Source: Halarcobacter sp.
Lineage (GTDB): Bacteria; Campylobacterota; Campylobacteria; Campylobacterales; Arcobacteraceae
Reading direction: 5' to 3'
DNA: 64,000 nt
NCBI GenBank assembly: GCA_048571215.1
Contig: CP182352.1
Location: forward strand, 1,920,001 to 1,984,000
The notes under the pieces were generated by a model. It did not search any database and was not told where the DNA came from. It saw only the letters and a program-made list of their open reading frames with translations. The position numbers and the translations under genes were made by a program. Positions 1-10,912 of the stretch are shown piece after piece; positions within the stretch are counted from its first letter, which is position 1, and the number at the start of each line of letters is the position of its first letter.

Positions 1-342
1 TATAAAACTATTTTTCTCATCTTGTAAAAAAACATAATCTAAAGATATACCTAAGTTCAAACTCTCTAAATAGTTTTTAGCTATATATAGTACATAGCCA
101 TCTTTGACACTTTTGCTATTTAGTGTTGCATTATGGATTATATTTGCGTTAATTATTACTATTTCATTGGGGCTTAATATTTTAGAAGAGTCATTAAAAC
201 TTATATTTAATGAGCCCTCTTTAAGTGCTGTAATTGTAAGTTCTTCATGCAAGTGCATTTTTTCACATTGGCTTATATCTTTTATATATCTTAATTCAAG
301 ATAGGGTAAGTTTGTGTTTTTAAAAATCTTACTATTTTGCAT
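1..342 (-). CDS. AraC-family regulator, N-terminal cupin ligand-binding domain (partial; runs off window start)
   Basis: Manual minus-strand translation from ATG at 342: MQNSKIFKNTNLPYLELRY...CEKMHLHEELTITALKEG...IIHNA, a cupin HxH...H pattern; frame stays open to position 1. Confidence 0.6.
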   Translation of the reverse strand, partial: MQNSKIFKNTNLPYLELRYIKDISQCEKMHLHEELTITALKEGSLNISFNDSSKILSPNEIVIINANIIHNATLNSKSVKDGYVLYIAKNYLESLNLGISLDYVFLQDEKNSFI

Positions 343-382
343 AAAATTGATTTAATAAAAAGAGGAAAATCCCCTTTTTATA

Positions 383-1303
383 TTATGCGAATGCAGGTTC
401 TAAGAAAGGGATAATTTGTTTTTTTCTTGATAGACAACCATCTATCCATACTTTTCCATTTTCTAAGTTTTTATCAAAAGCTTTTTCAAAAATAGATGTA
501 TCTTCACTTGATACAAGTACTTCACTTCCCTCTTTTATAATATCTGTTAAAAGTAAACATGCTGTGTGTAAACCATCTTCTTTTCTTAAAGCATCTAAAT
601 CAGCTTGCAAATCAGCTTTTACCTCATCAAAAATAGATAAATCTACAACCTCAAGTTGCCCTATTCCAACTTTTTTTCCATGCATATCAAATGGTTTATA
701 ATCTCTTAAAATCAAATCTCTCGCAGGCACACCTTCAACAGCAGATTTTACTTTAAACATCTCCATACCTAAAGCACCAAAATCTTCTACTCCACAAATT
801 TCAGCTAATTCTCTTACTGCTTTGATATCAACATCTGTACATGTTGGTGACTTGAAAATAACTGTATCAGATAAAATTGCACACATCATAATTCCAGCTA
901 TATCTTTTGGAATCTCAACACCGTGAAAGTCATACATCTCTTTTACGATTGTATTTGTACATCCAACAGGTCTAATCCAACATTCAAGTGGTGCAGAAGT
1001 TGTAATATCACCTAATTTATGATGGTCAACTATACCAACAACTGTAGCCTCATCTAAATCTTTTGGAGCTTGTCCTCTATCTGAATAATCAGTAATAAAT
1101 AGTTCACAACCTGCAAATTCTGTTTTAAGTTCTGGCGCTTCAAAACCAAATTTTTCTAAGATAAATTGTGTTTCTGGATTTGGTTCACCTTGTCTTGCAG
1201 GGATTGCTTCTCTTCCTATTTTATTTAATAAATATGCTAATGAGATAGCAGAGCAGATAGAATCTGAATCAGGAGTTGTGTGTCCACATGTATAAATTGC
1301 CAT
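383..1303 (-). CDS. ppaC: Manganese-dependent inorganic pyrophosphatase (family II, DHH)
   Basis: GHTTPDSD, DHH, SDT and C-terminal SRKKQ motifs. Confidence 0.95.
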   Translation of the reverse strand: MAIYTCGHTTPDSDSICSAISLAYLLNKIGREAIPARQGEPNPETQFILEKFGFEAPELKTEFAGCELFITDYSDRGQAPKDLDEATVVGIVDHHKLGDITTSAPLECWIRPVGCTNTIVKEMYDFHGVEIPKDIAGIMMCAILSDTVIFKSPTCTDVDIKAVRELAEICGVEDFGALGMEMFKVKSAVEGVPARDLILRDYKPFDMHGKKVGIGQLEVVDLSIFDEVKADLQADLDALRKEDGLHTACLLLTDIIKEGSEVLVSSEDTSIFEKAFDKNLENGKVWIDGCLSRKKQIIPFLEPAFA

Positions 1304-1446
1304 ATATGTCCTTTTTAAAATACCATTAATTTTCGTGATTTTATCTAAAGTTTAGTTAGGAGAGTTTTAAAAACAATAAAAAGAAAAATGATTTAAAAAA
1401 ACTATAACCTTTTTTATGTAGAATGTATAAACAAAAGGAGTTTATT

Positions 1447-1950
1447 ATGATTAGTAAAGATTTACAAAAAGCCTTAATAGAACAGTTAAACAAAGAGTTT
1501 TACTCGGCATATGTTTACTTAGGTATGAGTGCCTATGCTTCTAAGGAGGGGTTTAATGGTGCTTCATCATGGTTTTTAACTCAATACCAAGAAGAGATAA
1601 TGCATGCTATGAAACTATTTAAATATTTAGAAGATCAAGATGCAAAAATATCTCTACCTGAAATAAAAGCAGTTAAAGTAGAATATAAATCACTACTTGA
1701 TACATTTAAAAAATCTTTAGCCCATGAAGAAAGAATGACAAAAAACCTTAATAATCTTTCAGATATGGCAATGAAAGATAAAGACCACGCCACATATAAT
1801 CTACTTCAATGGTATGTAACAGAACAAGTTGAAGAGGAAGCAACACTAAATAAAATAATTGATCACATTAATCTTGTAGGAGATAATGGTTATGGTTTAT
1901 ATACTATAGATAAAGAGTTAGCAACTAGAACATTTGAACATTCAAATTAA
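1447..1950 (+). CDS. ftnA: Non-heme ferritin
   Basis: EQLNKEFYSAYVY, EEIMHAMK and QWYVTEQVEEE ferroxidase motifs; AGGAG RBS before ATG at 1447. Confidence 0.9.
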   Translation: MISKDLQKALIEQLNKEFYSAYVYLGMSAYASKEGFNGASSWFLTQYQEEIMHAMKLFKYLEDQDAKISLPEIKAVKVEYKSLLDTFKKSLAHEERMTKNLNNLSDMAMKDKDHATYNLLQWYVTEQVEEEATLNKIIDHINLVGDNGYGLYTIDKELATRTFEHSN

Positions 1951-1953
1951 ATA

Positions 1954-1979
1954 AAATAAGAGGATTTACCTCTTATTTT
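1954..1979 (+). terminator. Intrinsic terminator hairpin
   Basis: AAATAAGAGG-ATTTA-CCTCTTATTT directly after the ferritin stop. Confidence 0.7.
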
Positions 1980-2053
1980 ACTCACTTAAGAAAACTTCTA
2001 TAAATGATAATTTTGATATAATTTCATACATTATAGAACATTTAGGAACTTTT

Positions 2054-3022
2054 ATGAAAAAACTACTTTTACTTACTTTTACAATTATATTTCCACTTTT
2101 ATTTACAGCTTGCTCTAAAAAAGAACAAGAAACAAAATTTTATGGCAATGTTGATTTAAGAACAGTTTCTTTAGGCTTTAGAGTACCAGGAAAAGTCAAA
2201 GAGGTTTTCTTTGATGAAGGGCAAAAGATAAAAAAAGGGGATGTTTTAGCAAAACTTAATGATGATTTATATATCCAAGCTCTAAATGGAATAAATGCAC
2301 AAGTACTTATGCAAGAAGCACAAATTGAAAAATTGGAAAATGGATATAGAAAAGAGGATATTGCTAAAGCAAAAGCAAGTTTAGACAAAGCTTTAGTTAC
2401 TTTAAAAAAAGCGAAAAAAGATTTACATAGATATGAAAAACTTCTAAGTACAAACTCTGTTTCAAAACAAAATTATGATGATATAAAACTTGTTTTTGAT
2501 AATGCAAAAGCCCAATATGATTATGCAAAAAGTAATCTAACCGAGCTTGAAAATGGTTATCTAAAAGAAGATATAAGTATGGCTAAGGCTTCACTGCAAT
2601 CCCTTCTTGCACAAAAAGAAGAAGCAAAAATACATCTTGAAGATACAACACTTTATGCTCCAAATGATGGAGTAGTACTTACAAGAGCATATGAAGTGGG
2701 TTCTATAATCTCTCAAGGTGCTCCTATATTTGAAGTAGCTTTAAATAAAGAGTATTGGGTAAGAAGTTATATAGATGAGAAGTATTTAGGTTTGATTAAA
2801 CCTGGAATGAAAGCAAAAGTTTTTACAGATAGTAAAGCAGATAGTCCCTATGAAGCAACTCTTAGTTTTATCTCTGCCCAAGCTGAGTTTACTCCCAAAA
2901 ATGTACAAACAGAACAGCTAAGAACCCAATTGGTTTATAGAATAAGACTTATTATAAAAAACCCAGATGAGTATATAAGACAAGGGATGCCAGTAACAAT
3001 TAAGTTTGAAAACTTAGATTAA
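2054..3022 (+). CDS. HlyD-family membrane fusion lipoprotein (YbhG-like)
   Basis: Lipobox FTAC, lipoyl-like and coiled-coil hairpin regions, AEFTPKNVQT motif. Confidence 0.9.
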   Translation: MKKLLLLTFTIIFPLLFTACSKKEQETKFYGNVDLRTVSLGFRVPGKVKEVFFDEGQKIKKGDVLAKLNDDLYIQALNGINAQVLMQEAQIEKLENGYRKEDIAKAKASLDKALVTLKKAKKDLHRYEKLLSTNSVSKQNYDDIKLVFDNAKAQYDYAKSNLTELENGYLKEDISMAKASLQSLLAQKEEAKIHLEDTTLYAPNDGVVLTRAYEVGSIISQGAPIFEVALNKEYWVRSYIDEKYLGLIKPGMKAKVFTDSKADSPYEATLSFISAQAEFTPKNVQTEQLRTQLVYRIRLIIKNPDEYIRQGMPVTIKFENLD

Positions 3023-3030
3023 GAGCTATT

Positions 3031-4728
3031 ATGGCACTTGTTATTGCAAAAAATCTTTCCAAAAACTTTGGTGATACACAAGCAATATCAGATTTGAATC
3101 TAGAGATAAAAGAGGGTGTTATCACAGGACTTGTAGGTCCTGATGGAGCAGGCAAAACCACTTTTATAAGAATGATGACTGGTCTTTTAGATTTTGAAAA
3201 AGGGGAACTTGAAGTTTTAGATTTCTCTTTACCAAAACAAGCAGTAAAGATACAAGAACAAATAGGTTATATGCCACAAAAATTTGGTTTATATGAGGAT
3301 TTATCAGTTTTAGAAAACCTAAATCTTTATGCAAATCTACAATCTATAGAAAAATCAAAACAAGAACAAAGAATAGAAGAGTTATTAGAATTTATAAACT
3401 TAGGAAATTTTAAAAACTTTTTAGCAAGGGATTTATCAGGTGGAATGAAACAAAAACTTGGACTTGCCTGTGCTTTGATAAAAAAACCAAAACTTTTACT
3501 CTTAGATGAGCCAGGTGTTGGGGTTGACCCAATATCAAGAAGAGAATTATGGAGTATTGTTGAAAAACTAGTAAGTGATGGAGTTGGCGTTGTTTGGAGT
3601 ACTGCATATTTGGATGAAGCAGCTTTATGTGATGAAGTTATACTTTTAAATGAAGGTGAAGTTTTATTTAGAGGGATACCAAGTGATTTAAGCAACTCAA
3701 TGAAAGGGAAAGTTTTTAAAGTAGTTGGTAATTTAGATGATAAAAGAAAAACCCTAAGACTTGCACTGAAAAATCCCCAAATTAAAGATGGAGTTATTTT
3801 AGGAGATAGTATAAAACTAATCTGTGAAGATGAATCAAAACTACCCTCTTTGGAAAGTATTGAAGCATCTAACTGCAAATATGAACCTTTAGAACCAAAT
3901 TTTGAAGATGGTTTTATGCATATTTTAGATGGAAACTTCAATGGAGAATCCCTTTTAGCAAAACAAATGGGAACTTTAGAAAAAAATGATTCTAAGTATT
4001 TAATAGAAGCTACAAATCTAAGTAAAAAATTTGGTTCTTTTACAGCTACAGATAATGTAAACTTTAAAATAAAAAGGGGTGAAATTTTTGGATTTTTAGG
4101 ACCAAATGGAGCTGGGAAATCTACCACCTTTAAAATGCTTTGTGGTTTGATGAAACCCTCAAGTGGTACAGCTCATGTGCTTGGATTAAGTTTAGAAAAA
4201 TCCTCACACAAAGCTAGAAGCAAAATAGGATATATGTCTCAAAAGTTCTCACTATATGGAGATATCTCTGTTTATGAAAACCTAAAATTCTTTGCAGGAG
4301 TTTATGGACTAAAGGGTAAAAATAAAAAAGAAAAAATAGATAATATGGTTGAGATTTTTGAACTAGAAAAATATAAAAAAACAGCTTCAAAAAATCTACC
4401 ATTAGGATATAAACAAAGACTTTCTCTAGCTTGTGCTGTTATGCATGATCCAGTAGTTTTATTTTTAGATGAACCAACTTCTGGAATCGATCCTCAAACA
4501 CGAAGAGAGTTTTGGAACCATATCTATGCAATGGTACAAAAAGGGATGACTATCATGGTAACAACTCACTTTATGGATGAAGCGGAATATTGTGATAGAA
4601 TTGCTCTAATTTACAAAGGAAAAGCAATAGCCCTTGATACACCCCATAATCTAATCTCCCAAATAGGAGAAGACTCTACAATGGAAGAGGCTTTTATTGA
4701 ACTTATAAAAAGAGAAGAAGATGATTAG
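3031..4728 (+). CDS. ABC transporter ATP-binding protein with two NBDs (YbhF-like)
   Basis: Two Walker A motifs (GPDGAGKT, GPNGAGKS), LSGGM signature, two LDEP motifs. Confidence 0.92.
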   Translation: MALVIAKNLSKNFGDTQAISDLNLEIKEGVITGLVGPDGAGKTTFIRMMTGLLDFEKGELEVLDFSLPKQAVKIQEQIGYMPQKFGLYEDLSVLENLNLYANLQSIEKSKQEQRIEELLEFINLGNFKNFLARDLSGGMKQKLGLACALIKKPKLLLLDEPGVGVDPISRRELWSIVEKLVSDGVGVVWSTAYLDEAALCDEVILLNEGEVLFRGIPSDLSNSMKGKVFKVVGNLDDKRKTLRLALKNPQIKDGVILGDSIKLICEDESKLPSLESIEASNCKYEPLEPNFEDGFMHILDGNFNGESLLAKQMGTLEKNDSKYLIEATNLSKKFGSFTATDNVNFKIKRGEIFGFLGPNGAGKSTTFKMLCGLMKPSSGTAHVLGLSLEKSSHKARSKIGYMSQKFSLYGDISVYENLKFFAGVYGLKGKNKKEKIDNMVEIFELEKYKKTASKNLPLGYKQRLSLACAVMHDPVVLFLDEPTSGIDPQTRREFWNHIYAMVQKGMTIMVTTHFMDEAEYCDRIALIYKGKAIALDTPHNLISQIGEDSTMEEAFIELIKREEDD

Positions 4729-5824
4729 TTTTCAAAGATTAACTGCTATTTTTATAAAAGAGAGTCTTCAAATAATAAGAGACCCCAGCGCTTTGGTTAT
4801 TGCACTTATATTACCTTTGATGCTTCTATTTTTGATGGGTTATGCTATCTCTTTAGATGCAAAACATATTCCTGTAGGAATAGTGGTAGAAAAAAGCTCA
4901 AAACACACCCAAAGTTTAGTAGAAGCTTTTAATGGAAGTGAAAGTTTTAAAGTAGAAGTTGCAAAAGATAAAAGAGTATTTATAAAAGCTTTACAAGAGG
5001 GAAAACTAAGAGCTATGATTGTAGTACCTGCAACTTTTGATAAAGATATTTTAAAAGGTAAACCTAAACTTCAAATAATCACAGATGGAAGTGAACCTAG
5101 TATTGCTGGGTATGTAAACAAATACACCAGTCAACTTTGGCAAAACTGGCTAGAGTTTGAGAAAATAGCCCATGGCTCTTTAATAGATATAGAAACCAGA
5201 TATTGGTTTAATGCCCCACTTCATAGTAGCTATTTTTTACTTCCTGGTTCCATTGCCATTATTTTAACTTTGATTGGAACTCTACTTACAGCTTTAGTTG
5301 TAGCAAGGGAGTGGGAAAGAGGTACAATGGAAGCTATTATGTCAACTCCTACAACTATTTTAGAGCTTTTGATTGGAAAACTATTACCCTACTTTATTCT
5401 AGGACTTTTATCTTTAGTTATTTGTATTCTTATAACTCTTTTATGGTTTCAAATCCCTTTTAGAGGTTCATACTTTTTACTTTTTATCACCTCAGCTGTA
5501 TATTTAATCCCATCTCTTAGTCTTGGTTTACTAATATCAACCTTAGCAAAAAACCAATTTGTCGCAGCCCAAATGGCATTAATAGTGGGGTTTTTACCCT
5601 CTATGATTTTATCTGGATTTATTTTCCCAATAAGTAGTATGCCCTCTTGGTTACAAGTTATTACAAATGTAATTCCTGCAACTTATTTTACAACTATCTT
5701 ACAAACTTTGTTTTTAGCGGGAAATATATATGAAATCCTTATACCAAATACCCTTTGGATGTTAACAATTGGAGTTGTACTTTTTACAATAATTTTTAAA
5801 ATAACAAAAAAGAAGTTAAACTAA
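4721..5824 (+). CDS. ABC-2 permease (YbhS-like)
   Basis: REWERGTME motif, multiple TM segments, operon context. Confidence 0.9.
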   Translation: MISFQRLTAIFIKESLQIIRDPSALVIALILPLMLLFLMGYAISLDAKHIPVGIVVEKSSKHTQSLVEAFNGSESFKVEVAKDKRVFIKALQEGKLRAMIVVPATFDKDILKGKPKLQIITDGSEPSIAGYVNKYTSQLWQNWLEFEKIAHGSLIDIETRYWFNAPLHSSYFLLPGSIAIILTLIGTLLTALVVAREWERGTMEAIMSTPTTILELLIGKLLPYFILGLLSLVICILITLLWFQIPFRGSYFLLFITSAVYLIPSLSLGLLISTLAKNQFVAAQMALIVGFLPSMILSGFIFPISSMPSWLQVITNVIPATYFTTILQTLFLAGNIYEILIPNTLWMLTIGVVLFTIIFKITKKKLN

Positions 5825-6906
5825 TGTTTTATCAACTACTAGCCCTGATTAGAAAAGAGTTCTTAGCAATTTGGAGTGACAAACGCTCTCGTTTAGTAAT
5901 AATAATGCCTCCACTTGTACAATTAGTACTATTTGCATTTGCAGTAACTTTAGAGGTAAAAGATATCTCAATTGGAGTACTTGATAGGGATGGGTCAAAA
6001 CAAAGCAATGAACTAATAAGAGCTTTAAAATATAGTGATAGATTTGAAAAGGTTTTATATCTAAAAAGCAATGAAGATTTACAAGAAAAACTAGACTCCC
6101 AAAAAATTTTGGTGGCTATAGAGATTTCACAAGAGTTTTCAAGAAATCTAGACAAAGGACAAAAAGCGCAAATAGGATTAATAGCTGACGGAAGAAAATC
6201 AAATAGTTCCCAAATAGCCGTAGGTTATATACAAAATATAATCAACTCAACCTTTTCTACTAATGGTCAAAGTATTATTATAAGAAACTGGTATAATCCA
6301 AATTTAGATAATTTTTGGTGGATACTTCCAAATTTAGTTGGAAGTTTGACTATGATTATTGCACTTATTTTAACTTCACTCTCTGTTGCAAGAGAACGAG
6401 AATTAGGAACTTTTGAACAAATCTCAGTAGCTCCACTAAGTCCAACTACTTTACTTATAGGAAAAACTATTCCACCTATGATAATAAGCATAATTGAGGC
6501 CGCATTTATATTCTTAAGTGCAATATTATTTTTCTATGTACCATTTCTAGGTTCATTTTCCATATTGGCAGTTTCTATAGTTGCTTTTGTATTTTCTATT
6601 GTTGGTTTTGGCTTATTTATCTCTTCAATCTCATCAACTCAACAACAAGGGATATTAGGAGCTTTTGTAGTTTTGGTTCCTTCGGTTTTAATGTCAGGCT
6701 TTGCAACACCAGTTGAGAATATGCCAGATTGGCTAATCCCATTTACAGATGTGGTAGCTTTAAAGTATTTTCTTGTTTTATTAAAAGGAGTATTTCTAAA
6801 AGATATCTCTTGGGAGATTGCAATCTGGGAGATAACTCCCATGATTGTTTTAGGTTTTATTACCTTAGCAATTGCAACTTGGTTTTTTAAGAAAAAAGTT
6901 ACTTAA
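5824..6906 (+). CDS. ABC-2 permease (YbhR-like)
   Basis: ARERELGTFEQ and SGFATPVENMP motifs. Confidence 0.9.
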   Translation: MFYQLLALIRKEFLAIWSDKRSRLVIIMPPLVQLVLFAFAVTLEVKDISIGVLDRDGSKQSNELIRALKYSDRFEKVLYLKSNEDLQEKLDSQKILVAIEISQEFSRNLDKGQKAQIGLIADGRKSNSSQIAVGYIQNIINSTFSTNGQSIIIRNWYNPNLDNFWWILPNLVGSLTMIIALILTSLSVARERELGTFEQISVAPLSPTTLLIGKTIPPMIISIIEAAFIFLSAILFFYVPFLGSFSILAVSIVAFVFSIVGFGLFISSISSTQQQGILGAFVVLVPSVLMSGFATPVENMPDWLIPFTDVVALKYFLVLLKGVFLKDISWEIAIWEITPMIVLGFITLAIATWFFKKKVT

Positions 6907-6914
6907 GTGATACT

Positions 6915-8105
6915 TTATTTATCTAAAATATGCTCTTCAACTACCCAGTTTGCAAATGGGATTGAAGAGGTAAAGGCAGGACTAACTGCATTTAATACAT
7001 GTACTGAATTTTCATCTGATTGAACTACAAAATCCTGTACAAGCTCTAAGGTGTGTTTATTTAATAGTTGTGCTCTTATTCCTGGTGTACTCCAAGAATC
7101 AAAACCATCATGATTCATATTTTTAGTTAGTTTCATCGCTAAATTTTTAAAGTATTTGAAATTGTACTTTTTTATCTCACTAAAAGCTAAACTTCTAAAA
7201 GAAAAAGCATCTGTAATAAAAAGCTTTAACTCATAATATGAAATTTCAAAAAACTCTTTTAAAGAAAAATTATCCAAACCTTTATAGTTTTCTCTCCAAA
7301 AAGCAGGAATTGCTGTTGGACCTATTTTACTCTCATTATCCACAGTTAAAGTATAATGAACTCCTAAAAAAGGATTTGCCAAGTTTGGTACGGGATAAAC
7401 ATTTGTTTTAAGATTAGAAACATTTGTTTTATCTTTTAAATATACTCCCTTAAAAGGGATAATTACATAATCTTTTGAAAAGCCATAATCCCGTGCTATT
7501 TTATCAGCATATAATCCTGCACAATTTATCACTTTTTTAGCATAAAACTCACCCCTACTTGTAAGAACTGCATCTTTACTTGAAGAGATATATTTACAAT
7601 CTAAAAGTAACTCAACTCCTAACTCTTGTATAACTTTTGCAAACTCTTTTGTCACTTCTTTTGGATTTACGGTTGCTGTACTTGGACAAAGAAGTGCTTT
7701 TTCATAAGTTTTTATATTTGGATATAGAGTGTTAAGTTCTTCTTCTGTTAGCCATTGAAGCTCAACTCCATTTGCGTCACCTCTATTTTTTAACTCTAAT
7801 AAACCACTTAGTTCATCTTCATTTGTAGCTACTACTACTTTTTTACATTCATTTAATTTTAAATTTCTTTGTTTACAAAACTTTTTAAGGGCAAGATTAC
7901 CCTCTTTTGTAAACTTAGCCTTAAGCGAGTTTGCAGTGTAATAAAACCCAGCATGTAAAACACCTGAGTTTCTACCACTACTGTGCATTGCAACTTCAGG
8001 CTCTTTTTCTATAACTAAGATTTTACTATCAGGAAATCTCTCTTTCAGATTTTTAGCAATATTAAGCCCAATAATTCCAGCACCAATTATTAAGTAATCA
8101 TGCAT
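6915..8105 (-). CDS. lhgO: L-2-hydroxyglutarate oxidase-like FAD-dependent oxidoreductase
   Basis: IIGAGIIG, HSSGRNSGVLHAG, PFLGVH, GIRAQ and NAVSPAFTSS motifs; start taken at MHDY. Confidence 0.8.
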   Translation of the reverse strand: MHDYLIIGAGIIGLNIAKNLKERFPDSKILVIEKEPEVAMHSSGRNSGVLHAGFYYTANSLKAKFTKEGNLALKKFCKQRNLKLNECKKVVVATNEDELSGLLELKNRGDANGVELQWLTEEELNTLYPNIKTYEKALLCPSTATVNPKEVTKEFAKVIQELGVELLLDCKYISSSKDAVLTSRGEFYAKKVINCAGLYADKIARDYGFSKDYVIIPFKGVYLKDKTNVSNLKTNVYPVPNLANPFLGVHYTLTVDNESKIGPTAIPAFWRENYKGLDNFSLKEFFEISYYELKLFITDAFSFRSLAFSEIKKYNFKYFKNLAMKLTKNMNHDGFDSWSTPGIRAQLLNKHTLELVQDFVVQSDENSVHVLNAVSPAFTSSIPFANWVVEEHILDK

Positions 8106-8106
8106 T

Positions 8107-8703
8107 TTAATATCCCAACTCTTCATTTACTAAAATTATTGTGATTCTATCTTTTTCATCTGCTTTTACCCAAGTAAATTTATTGGCAATAGTGTTTAAA
8201 TTTTGTCTTGGTTCTTTTCCCATCTCTATTGCTTTTTTATTCATTCTATCTATGTTTTTAACAGCAGCTACTTCCATAACTCTTTTAAAACCATCTTCTA
8301 AATTTTCAACAATTTTATTTACACCTACTATTGCTAATATCTTTTTAGGACCAAAACAAAAAGCAGCTACTCTATTTCCACTTCCATCAGCATTTACTAT
8401 TTTTCCATCTTTTGTTAAAGCATTTATTCCTGTAACAAAGATATCTGAAACTAATCCTTGTCTTCTTCTTTCTGTATTCTCTTCCATTGAAATACCAAGT
8501 TCATATTGGTTGTATAAAGTTATATCTTTTTTATTTGCCAAATAATCAAGTAAGCCTATCTCTGAAACAGTAACAGAACCTCCAAGTCCTACTTTCATAC
8601 CCTCTTTTATAAAAGTTTTAGCTAAACTAAAAGCTTCCTCTTTTGTCTGAACAAAGTGTGGATCATAACCACAAGATTTTAACGTATCAATAAGTTTTTG
8701 CAT
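8107..8703 (-). CDS. LUD-domain (lactate utilisation) protein
   Basis: GLGGSVT, NADGSGNRVAA, VGVNKIV and ELGY motifs. Confidence 0.8.
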   Translation of the reverse strand: MQKLIDTLKSCGYDPHFVQTKEEAFSLAKTFIKEGMKVGLGGSVTVSEIGLLDYLANKKDITLYNQYELGISMEENTERRRQGLVSDIFVTGINALTKDGKIVNADGSGNRVAAFCFGPKKILAIVGVNKIVENLEDGFKRVMEVAAVKNIDRMNKKAIEMGKEPRQNLNTIANKFTWVKADEKDRITIILVNEELGY

Positions 8704-8735
8704 CTACTTTTTCCTTAATATTGAGTAATCTTATT

Positions 8736-10643
8736 CTATTTTCCATTGAAGTTTTTATCTTCAATCTTAGATACTACTTCATCAGCTATTTTATTTACAA
8801 CCGATGCAACTTCATTTGTATTATTTGATACTATAACATTTTGTTTTGTTATTTTTTCTAAATTAGTAATTGAGTCATTGATTTGTACCATTTCATCGAA
8901 TTGCAATTGAAAAGAGGAAGATACATTCTCAATCAGTTCTAATGTTTTACTAATATTTAAATTAAGTTTTTCATAACCATCAATCATTTCATCAGAAATA
9001 ACTTTACCCTCGTCTGCTTTATTTGTTGCATTTTCAACTAAACTTTTAATCTCTTTTGCTGCATCAGCACTTCTTGTTGCCAAATTTCTAACTTCAGCTG
9101 CAACTACGGCAAATCCTTTCCCTGCTTCTCCTGCTGTTGCTGCTTCAACTGCTGCATTTAGTGATAAAATATTTGTTTGAAATGAAATCTCTTCAATAAT
9201 ATCAATAGCACTTGCTATTAAATTTGTTTGGGTATTAATTTCATTCATTGATAAAGATGTTTTATTTGCTAACTCTTGTCCTTCGAATACACAACTAGCA
9301 ACAGAATCAGTATATGATGCCATTTCAGTAACAGAACTACTACTCTTTCTCATATTAGCAGTTATCTCTTCTATTGAAGTTGCTATAGTTTTAAGTCCAT
9401 CTGCTTGGTAATTAGTTGAGTTTGTTAAATCACCAACATTTGAAGATAGTGTGTTTGCATTTGTTGATAAAATTGTTCCAATATTCTTATTATCTACTAA
9501 CATAGTTGTAACAGCATCACCTAGTATATTTATATCGTCACAAAGGGATTTTAAATCTCCATCTATTTTTGATATATCAATACGTGAAGTATAATCATAT
9601 TTAGAATACTTAGATAATACTTCACTTGCATGCTTAATATTTAAATCAATCTCATTTAATAACTCATTTATTAAATTTTTTAATTCATTTAAAACAGTAT
9701 TTGATGAATCTCCCATAATTCTTGTATCAAAGAATCCAAGTTTAGCTCTATTTACAGAATCAATTGCATTATTTACTAACTCTTTATCTTCTTCCATTGC
9801 AATTTTAGTTTTTTCAATATTATTATTTATACTTGTTGCCATTTCACATAACTCATCACTACCTTTTAGCTTAATTAATGCTACATCAGTAGTTTCTCCA
9901 TTAATATATCTAAAAAAACCTAGTAAACCCTCTTGAAATTTTTGTAAAGGTTTTTTTATTGAATTGGTAACAAAAGTACTAATTAAAAAAGATGATATAA
10001 GTGAAATAAAAATAATTATATATAAAACATATAAGGTTTTATCTATTTTACTCAAAGACTCTTTATATGTAATTTTATTTTGATTCCTAGCTTCAATACT
10101 AACGTTTTTAATTGTATCATTAATTTTTATAAACAAATTATCTGTAACAAATAGCATTGGCATCGACATACTCATATTAACAGGTTGACCTGGTATTGTT
10201 TGAGATGATGAGATTGTCAACATTGTCAAAGCACCATCTAAAGCTCTATTATACTCTTCTAGATCTTGTTGAATTGTTTTAAAAATCTTTTTATTTTTTT
10301 CATCTAAAAAAGTTGACTTATTGATATCTTTTATCTCTTTATTTATTTTTTCTTGTAAATTTTTTAGAACTTCTATCTCTTTGTCAACTTTTGATTTTTC
10401 AATTCCACTTGATACATAACTAAAAACCTTATACAAGACACTATTTAGAATATTAATATCTTTTAAAAAATTATTGCTATCCATATAAGTTTGAAATTTT
10501 ACTTCAACTATTTCATTTAATATATTTTTATCAGATTTTAAAGCACTAATTGAAAATAATGCAATAACACTTAACATCAAAGTTACAAAAAAAGGAGCTA
10601 AAATAATTTTTTTATCCATTTTCAAATCATTAATAGAATACAT
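8736..10643 (-). CDS. Methyl-accepting chemotaxis protein
   Basis: Two TM segments; [27 protein letters not shown] signalling hairpin. Confidence 0.95.
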   Translation of the reverse strand: MYSINDLKMDKKIILAPFFVTLMLSVIALFSISALKSDKNILNEIVEVKFQTYMDSNNFLKDINILNSVLYKVFSYVSSGIEKSKVDKEIEVLKNLQEKINKEIKDINKSTFLDEKNKKIFKTIQQDLEEYNRALDGALTMLTISSSQTIPGQPVNMSMSMPMLFVTDNLFIKINDTIKNVSIEARNQNKITYKESLSKIDKTLYVLYIIIFISLISSFLISTFVTNSIKKPLQKFQEGLLGFFRYINGETTDVALIKLKGSDELCEMATSINNNIEKTKIAMEEDKELVNNAIDSVNRAKLGFFDTRIMGDSSNTVLNELKNLINELLNEIDLNIKHASEVLSKYSKYDYTSRIDISKIDGDLKSLCDDINILGDAVTTMLVDNKNIGTILSTNANTLSSNVGDLTNSTNYQADGLKTIATSIEEITANMRKSSSSVTEMASYTDSVASCVFEGQELANKTSLSMNEINTQTNLIASAIDIIEEISFQTNILSLNAAVEAATAGEAGKGFAVVAAEVRNLATRSADAAKEIKSLVENATNKADEGKVISDEMIDGYEKLNLNISKTLELIENVSSSFQLQFDEMVQINDSITNLEKITKQNVIVSNNTNEVASVVNKIADEVVSKIEDKNFNGK

Positions 10644-10912
10644 AATTACCTTTCTATATTATCAATTAGTTCGAAATTTAAATAAATTCTGTTTAGTCTA
10701 TATCTAAGTTCATAAACTATTATTAAAAAATCTTTAGGAAGTTATTTTCATCAAAAAAAGGAAGAGATATATTTTTTCTTTTAGTTAAAATATACTCTTC
10801 CTTTAAATTCTTAATAAAACAATTTTGACTATTAAATATAAAGCTTTCAAAAAATTTAAATATCTTTATATCACTAAAATCATCACTAATAATATCTTTA
10901 AATTTTATTTCA

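Noticed and set aside
104..304. Plus-strand 66-aa ORF and the many other short ORFs antisense to well-supported genes (e.g. 3327..4127, 8141..8545, 33283..33615, 56578..56934)
   Set aside because: Shadow frames of real genes with no motifs or RBS.
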